A DNA stretch of 64,000 nucleotides. Origin: Lama guanicoe. Its lineage: Eukaryota. Location: NCBI GenBank assembly GCA_013239625.1, contig MU053482.1:2891168-2955167 (forward strand). Reading direction: 5' to 3'. The position numbers were made by a program, and so were the translations under genes. The notes beneath the pieces are model-generated. The model searched no databases and had not been told where the DNA came from. It saw nothing but the letters and a program-made list of their open reading frames with translations. Each line of letters opens with the position of its first letter. Position 1 is the first letter of the stretch. Positions 10,721 to 23,519 of this stretch are shown here, in pieces.

Positions 10721-13700
10721 TGTTTTGAAAGGCTACTGTGTGGCGGGACAGTTGGTTAATTGCTGATGGGTGGATTCCTGGACTCTAGGCTGATGGATGC
10801 TTGTAGGGCTGGAGGAGCCTGTGCACTGTTTGATTTGTAGACAGATGATTAGATGTTTAGCTGATAGGGAGGCTGATGTAGGGGTGGAGACTCGGGTGGG
10901 TGGGTGGAAGTCAAGGCTATTTTGGTTGCAAGGAACAAAAACCCCCACCTGTCATCAAGAAAGGGGCAGGGGACGATTATAAGGCTACCCGGGCATCTTA
11001 CAGACCCCACTGATGTCCGGGCCTCACGAAGATTGGACCTGGTGCTCCTCCCCATGTCTTGAGCAGCTCTGTCTGGACGCCCAGCTCTTAGGAGCCCCCC
11101 TCCCTCATTCCTCTCCGAGCCGGCTTGGTTTCCTCTTCACAGCCAAACCACTGTCCTCTCAGCCACCCTTGCTCCTTCTTTCCACAAGTTTTTATCAAGT
11201 GACTATTTGTACATCAACAGTGCTTCTATGTGCTGAAAAACAGACCGCAAGCAAGAAGTTGCCGCCTCGTGCAGTGTGCTTTCTAAAGGGAGAAACAGTA
11301 AGCAGGTGAAGTGGGGACCCTGCGTGCTCAGCCTGCTTTCCAGCCCTCCTCCTCCTGGCTGTCCAGTCATCCGAGCACTCTTCTCCATTCCACGCGTGGC
11401 ACCATGTTGCCCAGCTTCTCTCTGCATCCCTGGCCACCCCTCACACCTGCCAGGTCTGTCCCCGCCAGCCCGTCGGCAGCATGTCCTGCAGGCGCAGCCT
11501 GGCTCTCCCCGCTCTAAGCTCTTGTCCTTGTGTCTCGGCTCAGATGACCGTCTCTGCTCTTCTGCCTCCCAAATGTGCACCTCCATCTCCTCCCTCACTG
11601 TGTCCAAATGATCACAAGGCCATCCGAAGGGCACCTCCACATGCCCGAGGCCAAGCTTACCATCCTGTCCCCTCCCGCTGCAGCCCTGGCCAGCCTTCAG
11701 GGGTCACCATCTCCGTGAAAGGCACTGCCAGCTGTGTCCCTCAGAAACCCAGGGGTCCTTTGACCTCTCCCTCTCGGCTTCCCCGGCCAGATGACCAGTC
11801 TCTCTCCATCTTATTGCCTCAGTCACTTTGGATTCTGTACAGTTCTTTGTATCTTCACTGTCCCATCCGAATCCAAGCCACCATCATTCTTCCCTGGACC
11901 ACAAAAGCCTCTTAAGTGGCCTCCCCACATCCTCTCTTACGTGCCTCCCACTCTTTTGCATGTTGTAGCCGCTCCACACTCGGGCTCTGCCTCAGGGCTC
12001 AGCGATGGGAGGCCTCCCCCAGAGAGGTGGGGCGGGTTGGGGTCACAGCAGGGGCTGGAGTCACAGGAAGGCAGCCCTGCATGCAGGCTGGATGGGCCCT
12101 TTAGGCACAGAGCTCAGCCAGGCCTCCTAGGGAACGGAGAAGAGGCTGTGAAATTTGCAGTATCAGGTTTCGGAAAACACAGGGTCAGGGTCAGCGGAGC
12201 AGCTGGTAATGGGGAAGGCCAGGCCCAGCTAATTTCCTGTCAGGATGGCCCGGAGGCCCCAGCCCCTCTCCAGGCTGGCCACAGGGGAGGAGATGCCGGG
12301 AATGGCGCACATTCCTCTGGCTGGGGCCGCGCTGGACCTCGGGGGACCTGCAGGGAGTGAGGAGGTGGATGTGCTGAGGCCAGAGCTGGGGGCTCCGTGC
12401 AGGGATCAGGCATCTGCTGTCCAACGCTTAGGCTGGAAGGGGGCCAGGGACTGTAGAGCAGATGCAAAAAAGACCATCACCGTCACAGCTGCTGCAGCCT
12501 GGGGATAAATGAGCCCAGCCTCACGCTTCAGACGAGGAAACAGAGGCTCAGACAGGACCGGATCTTACCAGGATCATGTGAGCATCCTGGTTCTAAGCCC
12601 TGAACTCTGTTTCTTCTGGCCAGGCCTGCGTTTCCTGGAAGGCCCAGCTTTGCTGAGCTCTGTGACAGCGGGCAACAAGTGAGCTAGGCCTCCGCTCCTC
12701 TTGGAGGGAGCAGGAACCCTCGCTTCCAGACTGGGATGCCTGCTTCTCAGGTGGTCTAGCTGTGGGCTAGGTGTGAGAGCTCTGAGTCAGCTGAGCGCCC
12801 CTCTGTCCTCCCCCTGGAGGACCCCAGCTCACTCCACTCACAGAGGGAACTTCATGTCTTGGTCCAGTCCCCAGGAGGGTGAGGCCGTGGAGGTATGTTC
12901 CTGGCCTCGAATGACCACTAAGTGGCCTGGCCAGGCCAAGTGTAAGACAGGTCACAGGTTCCCAGACTGGTGGAGGGGTGATGGCTAAGAAGGGCGAGCC
13001 CGGAACACAGTCACACAAGCCTGGGTCCAAACCTGGCTCCGTCAAAGCTACTGTATGACCTTGGGCAGGTCAGGTAACTTTTCTAAACTATTGGCCTTTT
13101 AGCTGCAAAGCAGGGCAGGGCTACTCGGTTTCTTTCCCTCCAGCAAGCTGTGCGGTGGGCCTGTGACTTGGGCAGAGGGTCTCTTGCCTGACACTGTGGG
13201 GCACTGCCCCCACCCCCACCCCTGAGTGTGGAAGTGCTGCCTTCCCCCCGAGCATCACGTGGCCTCTTGTGGAGGAGGCCGGGGCCTCGGTGCTCAGTCC
13301 AGCCATCCTTCACCCTCTCCCAGCACTTGACTCTGAGGCCAGGGCCGTTTTCAGGTGTCCCAGGCAGCAACCTGACAGTCCTGACTGCCCCCCCCAATCC
13401 TAGGCAGGCCTCAGGTCCTACAGATGCACCTCAGGCACGTCTCTGAGGCTTCCGCGTCTGTGCAGCCCCACTGCCTGCTCTTCCCGCTGCCCCGTGCGTT
13501 CTTCAACAGGGAGATCTTTCTAAACAAGCATCAATACCTGGCTTACCTACCGTTCTCTGTCCTCCTCTTGCTACCTCTGCATCTATGAACTCAGCATCAA
13601 TGTCAGTTCCTCAGGGAAGTCTTCTCCGATCCCCAGGGCTGGTCTAGGATCCCCTCCCATCTTTCCGCAGGCCCTTAGCTATCCCAACCCAGTCACGGCT

Positions 13701-14445
13701 CTGAGTACACAAGATACCATCTTTGCAGGTCTGGATAATAGCTGTTCTGGCTATGTTGCGGTCCAAACTAGCCAGAAGAGGCATCAGCACACAGCAAACA
13801 TCAGTGAACTCATGTGGAGTGAATGAATGGTGGACAGATAAATGCCAAGAATGATGGACACACCATAGTTTGGGGTGGTGGGCCCACTCATAGTAGGTTC
13901 CGTCCTGTAGTTGGAGGTGTGGGGGGATGTGCCCCTTGTCAAGGCTGATTCTGGCTTCTCACACACTGAGGCCCTGGGCAGAGACATAACTTCCGGCCAC
14001 AAGTGATGGGGTCATGGCAGGGGCTCCCAGCCCCACCTGCTAAACTCTGCTGTCCCCAGGAAATGCGAATGCTGAGCATGGTCACCTAAAACAAGTGGAA
14101 TCTAGGCAGTGGGTGGGCTGTGCCCAACAGCGCCTGCATATGTTAGTTCCTCTGTCAGTAGGGTGTGTACACGTAAAAGCGTATGTGTGTAAACATGCAC
14201 ACCCTCATCTGTTGTCTGTGTCAGGACTGTGTGTTGGCATGTGTGTGAGTGCCCCTCTCAGGGCCTTGCAGAAACTCCCTGCCCAGCCCAGCCCCCCAAG
14301 CCCACATCCTCCATAGCACCTCTGCCCTCTGCCCCTCTCCCACCTCTCCTGGGCTATCCTCTGTCTCACGTCCCTGTCCTGGGCTCCTGTGTCCTGCACA
14401 CACCTCTGTCATTGCATGAATCGTGGTAGTTCATCTGTGTGATGC

Positions 14446-14903
14446 TGTGATAGTTTCCTGTTGCTGTTGTAACAAATTACTACAGACTTAGTGGCTTAAC
14501 ACAAAGCGTTTGTCATCTTACAGTTCTGGAGGTCAGAAGTCTCACTGGCCTAAAATTAAGGTATCAGCAGGGCTGTGTTCCTTCCTGGAGGCTTTCCCAG
14601 CTTCCAGGGATGCCCACACTCCTTGGCTCAGGGCCCCTTCTGTCTTCAAAGCTACCAGTGGCTGACTGAGCCTTTCTCAGGTCACGTCACTCTGAAGCTC
14701 GCTTCTGCCTCCCTCTTCCACTTAAAAGGACCCTTATGATGACACTGGGCCTGTGTGGGGTAGTCTTTCAAGGTCAGCTGATTAGCAGCTTTAATTCCAT
14801 CTGCAGCCTTGGTTTTCCTTTGCCATGTCAGGCAGCATGTTCACGGGGTCCGGGGATGAGGACATGAGCATCTCGGGTGTGTGGTGGGGACCTGAGTCTG
14901 CAC
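14446..14903. mobile_element. MLT1-family (ERVL-MaLR) solo LTR
   Basis: ttgctgttgtaacaaattactacagacttagtggcttaa...cttacagttctggaggtcagaagtc...aaggtatcagcagggctgtgttcct matches MLT1 hallmarks. Confidence 0.8.
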
Positions 14904-15276
14904 ATCGGAGACGATCTGTCCCTTCTTTCATCCGTGGGCTCTGGGCCTGTGCTGTGTCTGAGCCATCTGCACACCTCTCGGGAGCAGAACAGTGGCCGGC
15001 CTGAGCTAGGTGTTTATTACGTATTTGTTGAATACATGATTCAACTAACAATTTTTTGAGAATCCGTTTTGTGTCGGGGACTTTCACATATTATAGTTTT
15101 CACTCTCACTTTATAGGTGAGGAACATGAGGCTCAGAGAAGTTAGGAACCGCTCAAGGCCAAAGAGCCAGTAGGTGACAGGGCAGAAGCGTTAGTGTAAA
15201 TGGACCTCAGGTAGATGAGGCTGACACCTTTGTTACTTTGAGTCCAGGGCTCCAAAAGGGTAACTGGCTAGACCTT

Positions 15277-15648
15277 TGGTGGTGGCTGTGAAAATGCACC
15301 TCTTAGGTTTCAGACCGGCCCCCACTGCTGTGCTCGATATCCGTCACTGTTTGCTCCTTGGCCCACGGGCTGCTCACAGCTGGTGACTAAGGCAGGCCCC
15401 TTCCTGGCAGATGCCAGCCTCCCCAACAGGCATTTTTGGCATGAGGACTCCCATTGGCCTTGTTGGTTCTTGGATCTGAACTGAGGCTCTTCTGCCCCGT
15501 CTTCTGTCCTTCCGTGTCTCCTGCATAGGGGTGAACCTCCATCACAGTCTGATGTCCCACCCAGCTGCCCTCCCAGCTGTTCAGCTAGAAATCTCCTGCA
15601 CACAGAATCCTGTCTTCCTGTCTACTTCCTCAAGGACCAGAACTAACA
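15277..15648 (+). mobile_element. LTR16-like ERVL LTR
   Basis: gactaaggcaggccccttcctgg...ggactcccattggcct...gaactaaca, followed by an agtggt internal start. Confidence 0.6.
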
Positions 15649-18600
15649 TAAGTGGTGTGAGGAAACAGTGGTACGACTGGGATTGGACTGTCTCACTCAG
15701 TGGCGAGGGACAGGAGGATGCCATCCTTGTTGGTAGAGGCCCCAGATGGTCCCTAGAGCAGGTAGCAGCTCAAATACTCTCTCTCTGGTGAGGGCCTCAG
15801 AAGATTTCCTAGAGGAGAGGAATTCTGTGGCAGGCGTTTGAAAAATAGGGAGGGGATGTTGCCTTCACAAGATGGGCTGGTTACTGCTCACTCCTGACGC
15901 CCTGCAGAGGGAGGAAGGAGGACTGTGGGCCACCAACAAGCAGCCAGTCGGGGAGTATGACAGCGGGAGCCTCGGGTGGCCCACAAAGAGGCCCTTATCT
16001 CTGGCAGCAGAGAACAGATACAACTGAGTGCAGGGGAAGACGAGCGTTAGTTGCAGAGGTCCAGATAGTAAGTCTGAGCGCTCAGCCAAGGGAGCTGTGT
16101 GAGGGTCCGGCCATGGGGGTGGAATCTGGAACCCTGAAGCCTGAGCTAAAGATATCTGCATGGCAGCCCTGAGGTCATTGGAGCTGCGGCTTCCCTTACC
16201 CTCTGGGCTTGCAGGGGTCGCCTGCCCACCCTTGTGAGAGCTGTCCCCTCTGCTGCACTGGAGGATGGGCAGCTATTGGGCAACGGGTACCCTCCCAGTA
16301 GTTGCCCCTGCTTCCTCTCCTGGCTGCCAAGGACAATGATTAGGGTTGAATTGCAGAATAATCTGGCTGGGGTTAGGCTGGGTCTGGTAAGGGCAGGAAA
16401 AGACCATCCCATGAAAGAACAGGAGCTATCATGGATACTGGCAGGGGCAGGGGATGCTCCTGAGATTGGATTTTGAGAGAGCTTGATTAAGGGGGCTGGA
16501 ACTGAAGACTGGATAAGCAAGAAGCCATTGACTTGAGAGCACAGAAGATCTAATACCCTAGCTAGGACACCAGGGGATGGGGCAGACTCTCTTAGAAATC
16601 TGGAAGAAGTGTCCAGCACTCAGTGAAGTGGAAATACCCAAGTTCCCTGGGCAGAAGGTGGAGGAGAAATTTACAGCAGCTGAGGAAAGGGGGCACCTGG
16701 AATGATGTATTACATAAGGCCAGTAATGACAGGGAGGGACAGAGAGGCAGGTAAGGGGGATTGCCTCGCAGACAGCTGTGGAGATGGTGAACAGAGCCCG
16801 GTGTCCCTAGGGACAAAACAGACGGATAGCCAGTAGGCTCTGCTGAATATCTACATGCAGGAAAGCAGACAGGAATGGAGGAGCAGGAAGTAGGGGCAAC
16901 AGAAAGTCACGGTCCCTTGCTAAGTTCCCAGACCCGAGCCCGTTTTCAGATATGGAACCCATAACTGAAGAGGTGGCCAGGTCTCTAGGAGGAAGGGCCA
17001 TGCGAAACCAGCCAGGGTGTATCATGATGATTCCCTCAGTTTTTCCCCGGAGGTCTATGGCCTTTTATTTGGGTGACTGTTCACTAGAGAAAGGGCATCA
17101 CTAGACACAGAGCTCGAGTTGACATTAACAACTGGAGACTCAAAGCTTCATCACAGGCCTTTTTTCAGAGCAGGGCCTAGAGCACATGGAATCCTGGTAA
17201 AGGTTTGGCTTGCAGTAGGCTTGCTGGGTCCACAACCCACCCAGCAGTCCCTTGTACCCAAGTGTTCAATTAGAATTCACATCCCACTTTGATAATTGGA
17301 GTGACCCCTCGCTGGGTGCCTGGCCCGCTGGGTAGGACTGTCATATCACAACAGAGAGGGCCAAGTGGAAACTTCTGAAACAGCCTTCTCTGTACTCCCT
17401 TACCCTGCTCAGGGTAGTAGGAAAAAATAGCATCTCCTCCCAGGGGTTATGGCAGAAGTGAATGAACCATTAATAAAGGACGAAGGGGTGGTGGCCCTCC
17501 CATTTCTTCTTTTCATTCACCAGTCCAACCTTTGCAGAAATGGGACGGATGCTGGAGGTAGGCGGTGGACTGCCTCAGGCTTAACAAAGTAGTAGTCCTG
17601 TTTGCAACTGCTGTGCCGGACGTGGGATCATTGCTAGAGCTGATTAATAAGGCCTTGGGTATGTGGTTGGCAGGCATTTGGCGAATGCATTCTTTTCCAT
17701 TCCAATTTGAAAAGAGGATCAGGAACAATCCACATTCACATGGGATGAACAATACTCATTTACAGTTTTGCCTCAGGGCCCCGTTAACTGTCTTTCCCTC
17801 TGTCATAATAGAATCCCAAGAGGTCAGGGCCACGTGGCTATCCCACAGAACCTCACAGCGGTCCATTACATCAACGACACTGTGCTGATTAGACAGGATG
17901 GGCAAGAGGTGCCTCTATGCTGGAAGCCATGGGGAAATAACGTGCAGTCTGGGGTGTGGCATATAAACCTATGAAGACTCAAGGACCTGCCACTTCAAGG
18001 AAGTTTTTAAGGGGTTCAGTGGTATGCCAGCATATCCCCTCCCAAGTAAAAGAAATTGTTGCCTCTTTTGTCTTTTACTATGGTGAAGAACGCACAGTGC
18101 CTGGTAACCCTCTTTGTGATTAGAGGCAACACAATTCAGGGTGATGTGGAAGGCTGCCAGCTGTAGGTAGGTGACAGGAAGAGTCACTGCAGAAGGTCCA
18201 GGTCCTGCCACTCTCCGGTGTTGGAAGTGTCAGTAGTGGGAAAGGGAAAGATGTATGGTGCTTTCGGGAAGTCCCAGTGGGAGAATCAGAGCAGGCCCCT
18301 GGGATTCCATGGCAAGGCCATGCTCTCAGCAATGGAGGGATACACACCTTTTGAGAAACAGTTTCTGGCATGTTACTAGGCGCTGGTAGAGACAGAACAC
18401 TTGGCCATGGCACAGCTCACGGGGCATCTGAAACTGCCCATTCTGAGTTCGGGTTTGTTGGATGTGTCAAGTCATAGAGTCGGAAGGGCCTGGCAGCAGA
18501 CTCCATCAGATGGAAATGCTGACTCCAGGACTGAGCCCCAGTGGGGCCAGAGGGCACAAGTAAACTGCATGAGGACATAACCAGTGCCTGTCCTCTGGCT

Positions 18601-19095
18601 TGTACCGGTGGCCACATGGAGGGTCCTTTACAACCAGCTGAAAGAGGAGGGAAAAGCCTGAGCTGGGTTTACGGGTGGTTAATGTGGTGCATGGTACAAG
18701 CTGAAGATGGACAGTGGCTGCAGGACAGAGGTGTGAGGGAAAGGGAGACTATTCCCACTGCCCAGAGCTGTGAGCCGAGTACTTGCTCAGGGACTTTGTG
18801 CACAGAAAGTGGCCTAGGGTAGTGAGAAGATACACACTCTCTTGGGCAATGGCCAGTGGCCTGGCTGTTTGGTCAAGGGGCCTGGGTAGTAAAGGACTGG
18901 AAGACTGGGGACAAGAAAGTGTGGGGCAGAGACGTGGATGGACATATGGGAGAAAACTAGATTTTAGTGACACATTTAGAAAGCACCCAACACATTAGAG
19001 GCAGTGAATAAGCAAGTAAACAAGTGACCTGGACAGCTGACACTAGCCAGTCCTTGTCATTGGCTACCCTGGAACCAGCACGAGGGAGAGGGTGA
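15649..19095 (+). mobile_element. Ancient class III (ERVL/ERV3-16A3-like) internal region with decayed pol
   Basis: RT remnants AVPDVGSLLELIN, PQG..LCHN and VHYINDTVLI (YIDD site); RNase H remnant KWPRVVRRYTLSWAMASGLAVWS; many frameshifts. Confidence 0.85.
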
Positions 19096-19624
19096 TTATG
19101 CCTGACAGGGGCTGGAGTTAGTCCCCCAGCTCCCTCTTTCTCTCCTCTGAGTTCCCCTTAGTAAGAGAGGCCCAAGGGGAACAGGGAGGAACTGCTCTCT
19201 GAACCTGGCACAGGGGTGGACTGTGACCACTGTGAACACTTCTTCTGGGTCTCCGGCAGCGGGGACTGTACGTGACTCGGTGCCGGCTGCTGTGCTCTGG
19301 AATCTAACAGTGTTTGCTTCCCGGGCTGCTGCCTGCCAGTGACAGGGGGGCAGGGGGCCCTGGCAGGCCCCTTCTCGGGAGGTGTGGGATTCCTCTGACA
19401 AGCTGCGGTGGCTTGAGGATGTCTCACCTGCCTAGCGAAGTTCCTTAGGATTGCCCTGCAGTCTAAGTCTGTCCCACCCGCCTGAACTACGTTCCTTCCT
19501 CCCCTTCCTCCCTGGCTCCTTCACAAGGTCACAGCCGCACCTCGGTCTCCTGGCTCTCCCAGCGCCCCTGCTTTCCTTCCCATTTGGCGTCTGCCTCTCA
19601 GAGGACTGGGACGAACACATCTTT

Positions 19625-19778
19625 GTTACTTCAGGTGTGGTCCTTGGACCAGCAGCCTCAGCATAACCTGGGAGCTTGTCAGAAACATGGGATGTCAAGC
19701 CCCATCTCAGACCTAGTGAATCAGAATCTTCATTTTAACATGATGATTCATACTGCGTCACAGTTTGAGAAGTGCTGG
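19625..19778. mobile_element. MER5A-like hAT-Charlie DNA transposon
   Basis: gtgtggtccttggaccagcagc...ctgggagcttgtcagaaa...gaatcagaatc...agtttgagaagtgctg. Confidence 0.75.
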
Positions 19779-20340
19779 TTTAGATGATCTGGTCTTTTTC
19801 GGTAGATCGTTTAAATCTCACTTTAGAACCTCAGTCTTTGCAAAGCTAAACCATAAGAACCACAAAATCACAGATCTGGGTCCTTAATTTCATAGGTCAA
19901 CGCCTACAAAGTGAAGGCACAGGTTCAGGGTCACATCATGAATTAGAATAGAGCCAACCCTCAGGTCTCTTGATTCCTAGCTCTTCCCACTGCTGGGTCT
20001 GCTGTGAGAGGCTACTTGCTCTAAATCTGCCTAGTATGGTAGCACTGGAAATGTGGCTAGTTATAATATAATTAAAACAAAATTTTTTTGGTCTTCGTCC
20101 TGAGTTCATGGCATAGTTCCTAAAACCCTCAGAATTTCCTGAGTGACAGGAGTATCTTTTATTAGTCATAATGAGTTCTTTTGACCACACCTGTGTTTAT
20201 GTGATGCAGTGACTCAGGCTGGGGTCGCTAGATAGCTTCAAAATGGGGGCTAGTCACCAGGAAGAACAGCATGTGAGTAGAATGTGTGAAGCTTTGAGGG
20301 AGGGAAGGGGAGCCTGGAGAATGGGTTAGGAAAAAATCTT

Positions 20341-23300
20341 TTATTATTATTATTATTATTTTATATATATATTTTTAGTAAACAGTTTATTCTAGGAAGA
20401 GCAACTCATTAAAACCATTTTAAAATTTACATATATGTACTTTTTGTTGTTTCTAAGAACAGTTTAGAGCTTTAGCTTTTTAAACTTACATAGTTATCAA
20501 AGGAATAAAGCCAACCACAAAATAAGAATCAACAGAATGTGGTAATCCAACCATAAGGGACAGTCAAATGTGCTTACACTTATTCAAGGAATCAATTATC
20601 TAAGTTATAAATAATTAGTTCATTTATGTCTTTTTAAGATTCCACATATAAGTGATATCATATGGCATTTTTCTTTCTTTCTGGCTTACTTGGAATGATG
20701 AGCTCTAGGTCCATCCATGTTGCTGCAAATGGCATTATTCTGTTCTTTTTTATGGCTGAGTAGTATGCCATTGTGTTTACCTACCACATCTTCTTTATCC
20801 ATTCATCTGTTGATAGACATTTGGGTTGTTTCCATGTCTTGGCTATCATAAATAGTGCTGCTGTGAACATTGGGGTGCATGTGTCTTTTTGAATTATATT
20901 TTTCTCTGGATATATGCCCAGGAGTGGGATTGCTGGATCATATGGTAAATCTATTTTTAGTTTTTTAAGGAGCCTCCATACTGTCCTCCATAGTGGTCAC
21001 ACCAATTTACATTCCCACCAGCAGTGTAGGAGGGTTCCTTTTTTCTACACACTCTCTCCAGGATTTATCATTTGTGGACTTTTGAATGATGGCTATTCTG
21101 ACTGGTGTGAGGTGATATCTCATTGTGGTTTTGATTTGTATTTCTCTAATAATTAGTTGAGCGTCTTTTTATGTGCTTGTTGGCCATCTGTGTGTCTTCT
21201 TTGAAGAGATGTCTATTTAGGTCTTCTGCCCACTTTTTGATTGGGTTTTTTTTTGATATTAAGGTGTATGAGCTGTTTGTATATTTTGGAAATTAGCCCC
21301 TTGTCAGTTGCATCATTTGCAAATATTTTCTCCCATTCTGTAGGTTGTCTTTTTATTCTTAATGGTAACCTTTGCTGCGCAAAAGCTTTTAAATTTAATT
21401 AGATCCCATTTGTTTATTTTTGCTTTTATTTCCATTACTCCAGGAGCTGGTTCAAAAAATGTATTGCTGTGATTTCTGTCCAAGAGTGTTCTGCCTATGT
21501 TTTCCTCTAGTTTTATAGTATCTGGTATTACATTTAAGTCTTTAATCCATTTTGAGCTTGTTTTTGTATATGCTTTTAGAGAATGTTCTAATTTCATTCT
21601 TTTACAGGTAGCTGTCCAGTTTTCCCAGCACCACTTACTGAAAAGACTGTCTTTTCTCCACTGAGATCCCATTGTTTATTTTTGCTTTTATTTCCATTAC
21701 TCCAGGAGCTGGTTCAAAAAATGTATTGCTGTGATTTCTGTCCAAGAGTGTTCTGCCTATGTTTTCCTCTAGTTTTATAGTATCTGGTATTACATTTAAG
21801 TCTTTAATCCATTTTGAGCTTGTTTTTGTATATGCTTTTAGAGAATGTTCTAATTTCATTCTTTTACAGGTAGCTGTCCAGTTTTCCCAGCACCACTTAC
21901 TGAAAAGACTGTCTTTTCTCCACTGTATATTCTTGTCTCCTTTGTCATAGATTAATTGAGCATAAGTGTGTGGGTTTATCTCTGGACTTTCTATCCTGTT
22001 CCATTGATCTGTGTCTTTTTTGTGCCAGCACCATACTGTTTTGATTACTGTAGCTTTGTAGTATAGTCTGAAAGGGAGCATTATTCCCCCAGCTCCATTC
22101 TTCTTTTTCAAGATTATTTTGGCTATTTGGAGTCTTTTGTGTTTTCATACAAATTTTAACATTTTTTTTCCCCAGCTCTTTGAAAAATGTCGTTGGTAAT
22201 TTGATAGGGATTGCACTAAATCTGTATATTGCCTTGGGTAGTATGACCATTTTAACAATATTGATTCTTCCTATCCAAGAACACGGTATATCTTTCCATT
22301 TGTTTGTCATCTTCAATTTCTTTCTTACAGTTTTCAGAGTACAGGACTTTTGCCTCCTTAGGTAGATTTATTCCTAGGTATTTTATTCTTTTTGGTGCAA
22401 TGTAAATGGTATTGTTTCCTTAATTTCTTTTTCTGCTATTTCATTGTTAGTGTATAGAAATGCAACTGATTTCTGCGTATTAATTTTGTATCCTGCAACT
22501 TTATCAAATTCATTGATGAGCTCTAGTAGTTTTCTGGTTGCTTTTTTAGGGTTTTCTATGTGTAGTATGTCATCTGCGAACAGTGACAGTTTTACTTCTT
22601 CTTTTCCAATTTGGATTCCTTTTATTTCTTTTTCTTCTCTGATTGTTATGGCTGGATCTTTCAAGACTATGTTGAATAAAAGTGGCAAGAGTGGGCATCC
22701 CTATCTTGTTTCTGATCTTAGAGGAAATAACTTCAACTTTTCCCCATTAAGTATGATGTTAGCTGTGGGTTTGTCATATATGGCCTTTATTATGTTGAGG
22801 TATGATCTGCCTAAGCCCACTTTCTGGAGAGTTTTTATCATAAATGGATATTGAATTTTATCGAAAGCCTTTTCTGCATCTATTGAGACCATCATACTGT
22901 TTTTATTCTTCAATTTGTTTATGTGGTGTATTACATTGATTTGCTGACATTGAAAAATTCCTACATTCCTGGAATAAATACCACTTGATCATGGTGTATG
23001 ATCCTTTTAATGCATTGTTGGAGTCCATTTGCTAGTATTTTGTTGAGGATTTTTGCATTTATATTCATAAGTTATATTGGCCTGTAATTTTTTTTTGTGG
23101 TATCTGTCTGGTTTTGGTATCTGGGTGATAACGGCCTCATAGAATGAGTTTGGAAGTGTTCCTTCCTCTGTAAATTTTTTGAATAGTTTCAGAAAGATAG
23201 GTGTTAACTCTTCTCTAAATGTTTGGTAGAATTCACCTGCGAAGCCACCTGGTCCTGGACTGTTGTTTGTTGGGAGTTTTTAAATTACTGATTAAATTTC

Positions 23301-23519
23301 AGTACTGGTAATTGGTCTATTCATATTGTCTTATTTCTTCCTGGTTCAGTCTTGGCAAATTGTACCTTTCTAAGAAATTGTTCATTTCTTCCACATTGTC
23401 CTTTTTGCGGTTGTAACTTCTCCTTTTTCATTTCTGATTTTATTAATTTGGTCCCTCTCCCTTCTTTTCTTGATGAGTCTGACTAAAGGTTTATCAATTT
23501 TGTTTATCTTTTCAAGAAT
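20341..23519 (-). mobile_element. 5'-truncated LINE-1 (~3.2 kb, ORF2 RT and C-terminal remnants) with a 26-bp TSD
   Basis: ORF2 peptides [22 protein letters not shown] and [17 protein letters not shown]; (TAA)n tail at 20341-20360; TSD at 20315-20340 and 23520-23545. Confidence 0.95.
21401..21925. repeat. Tandem duplication of 263 and 262 bp inside the L1
   Basis: 21401-21663 and 21664-21925 read identical except for one T. Confidence 0.95.
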
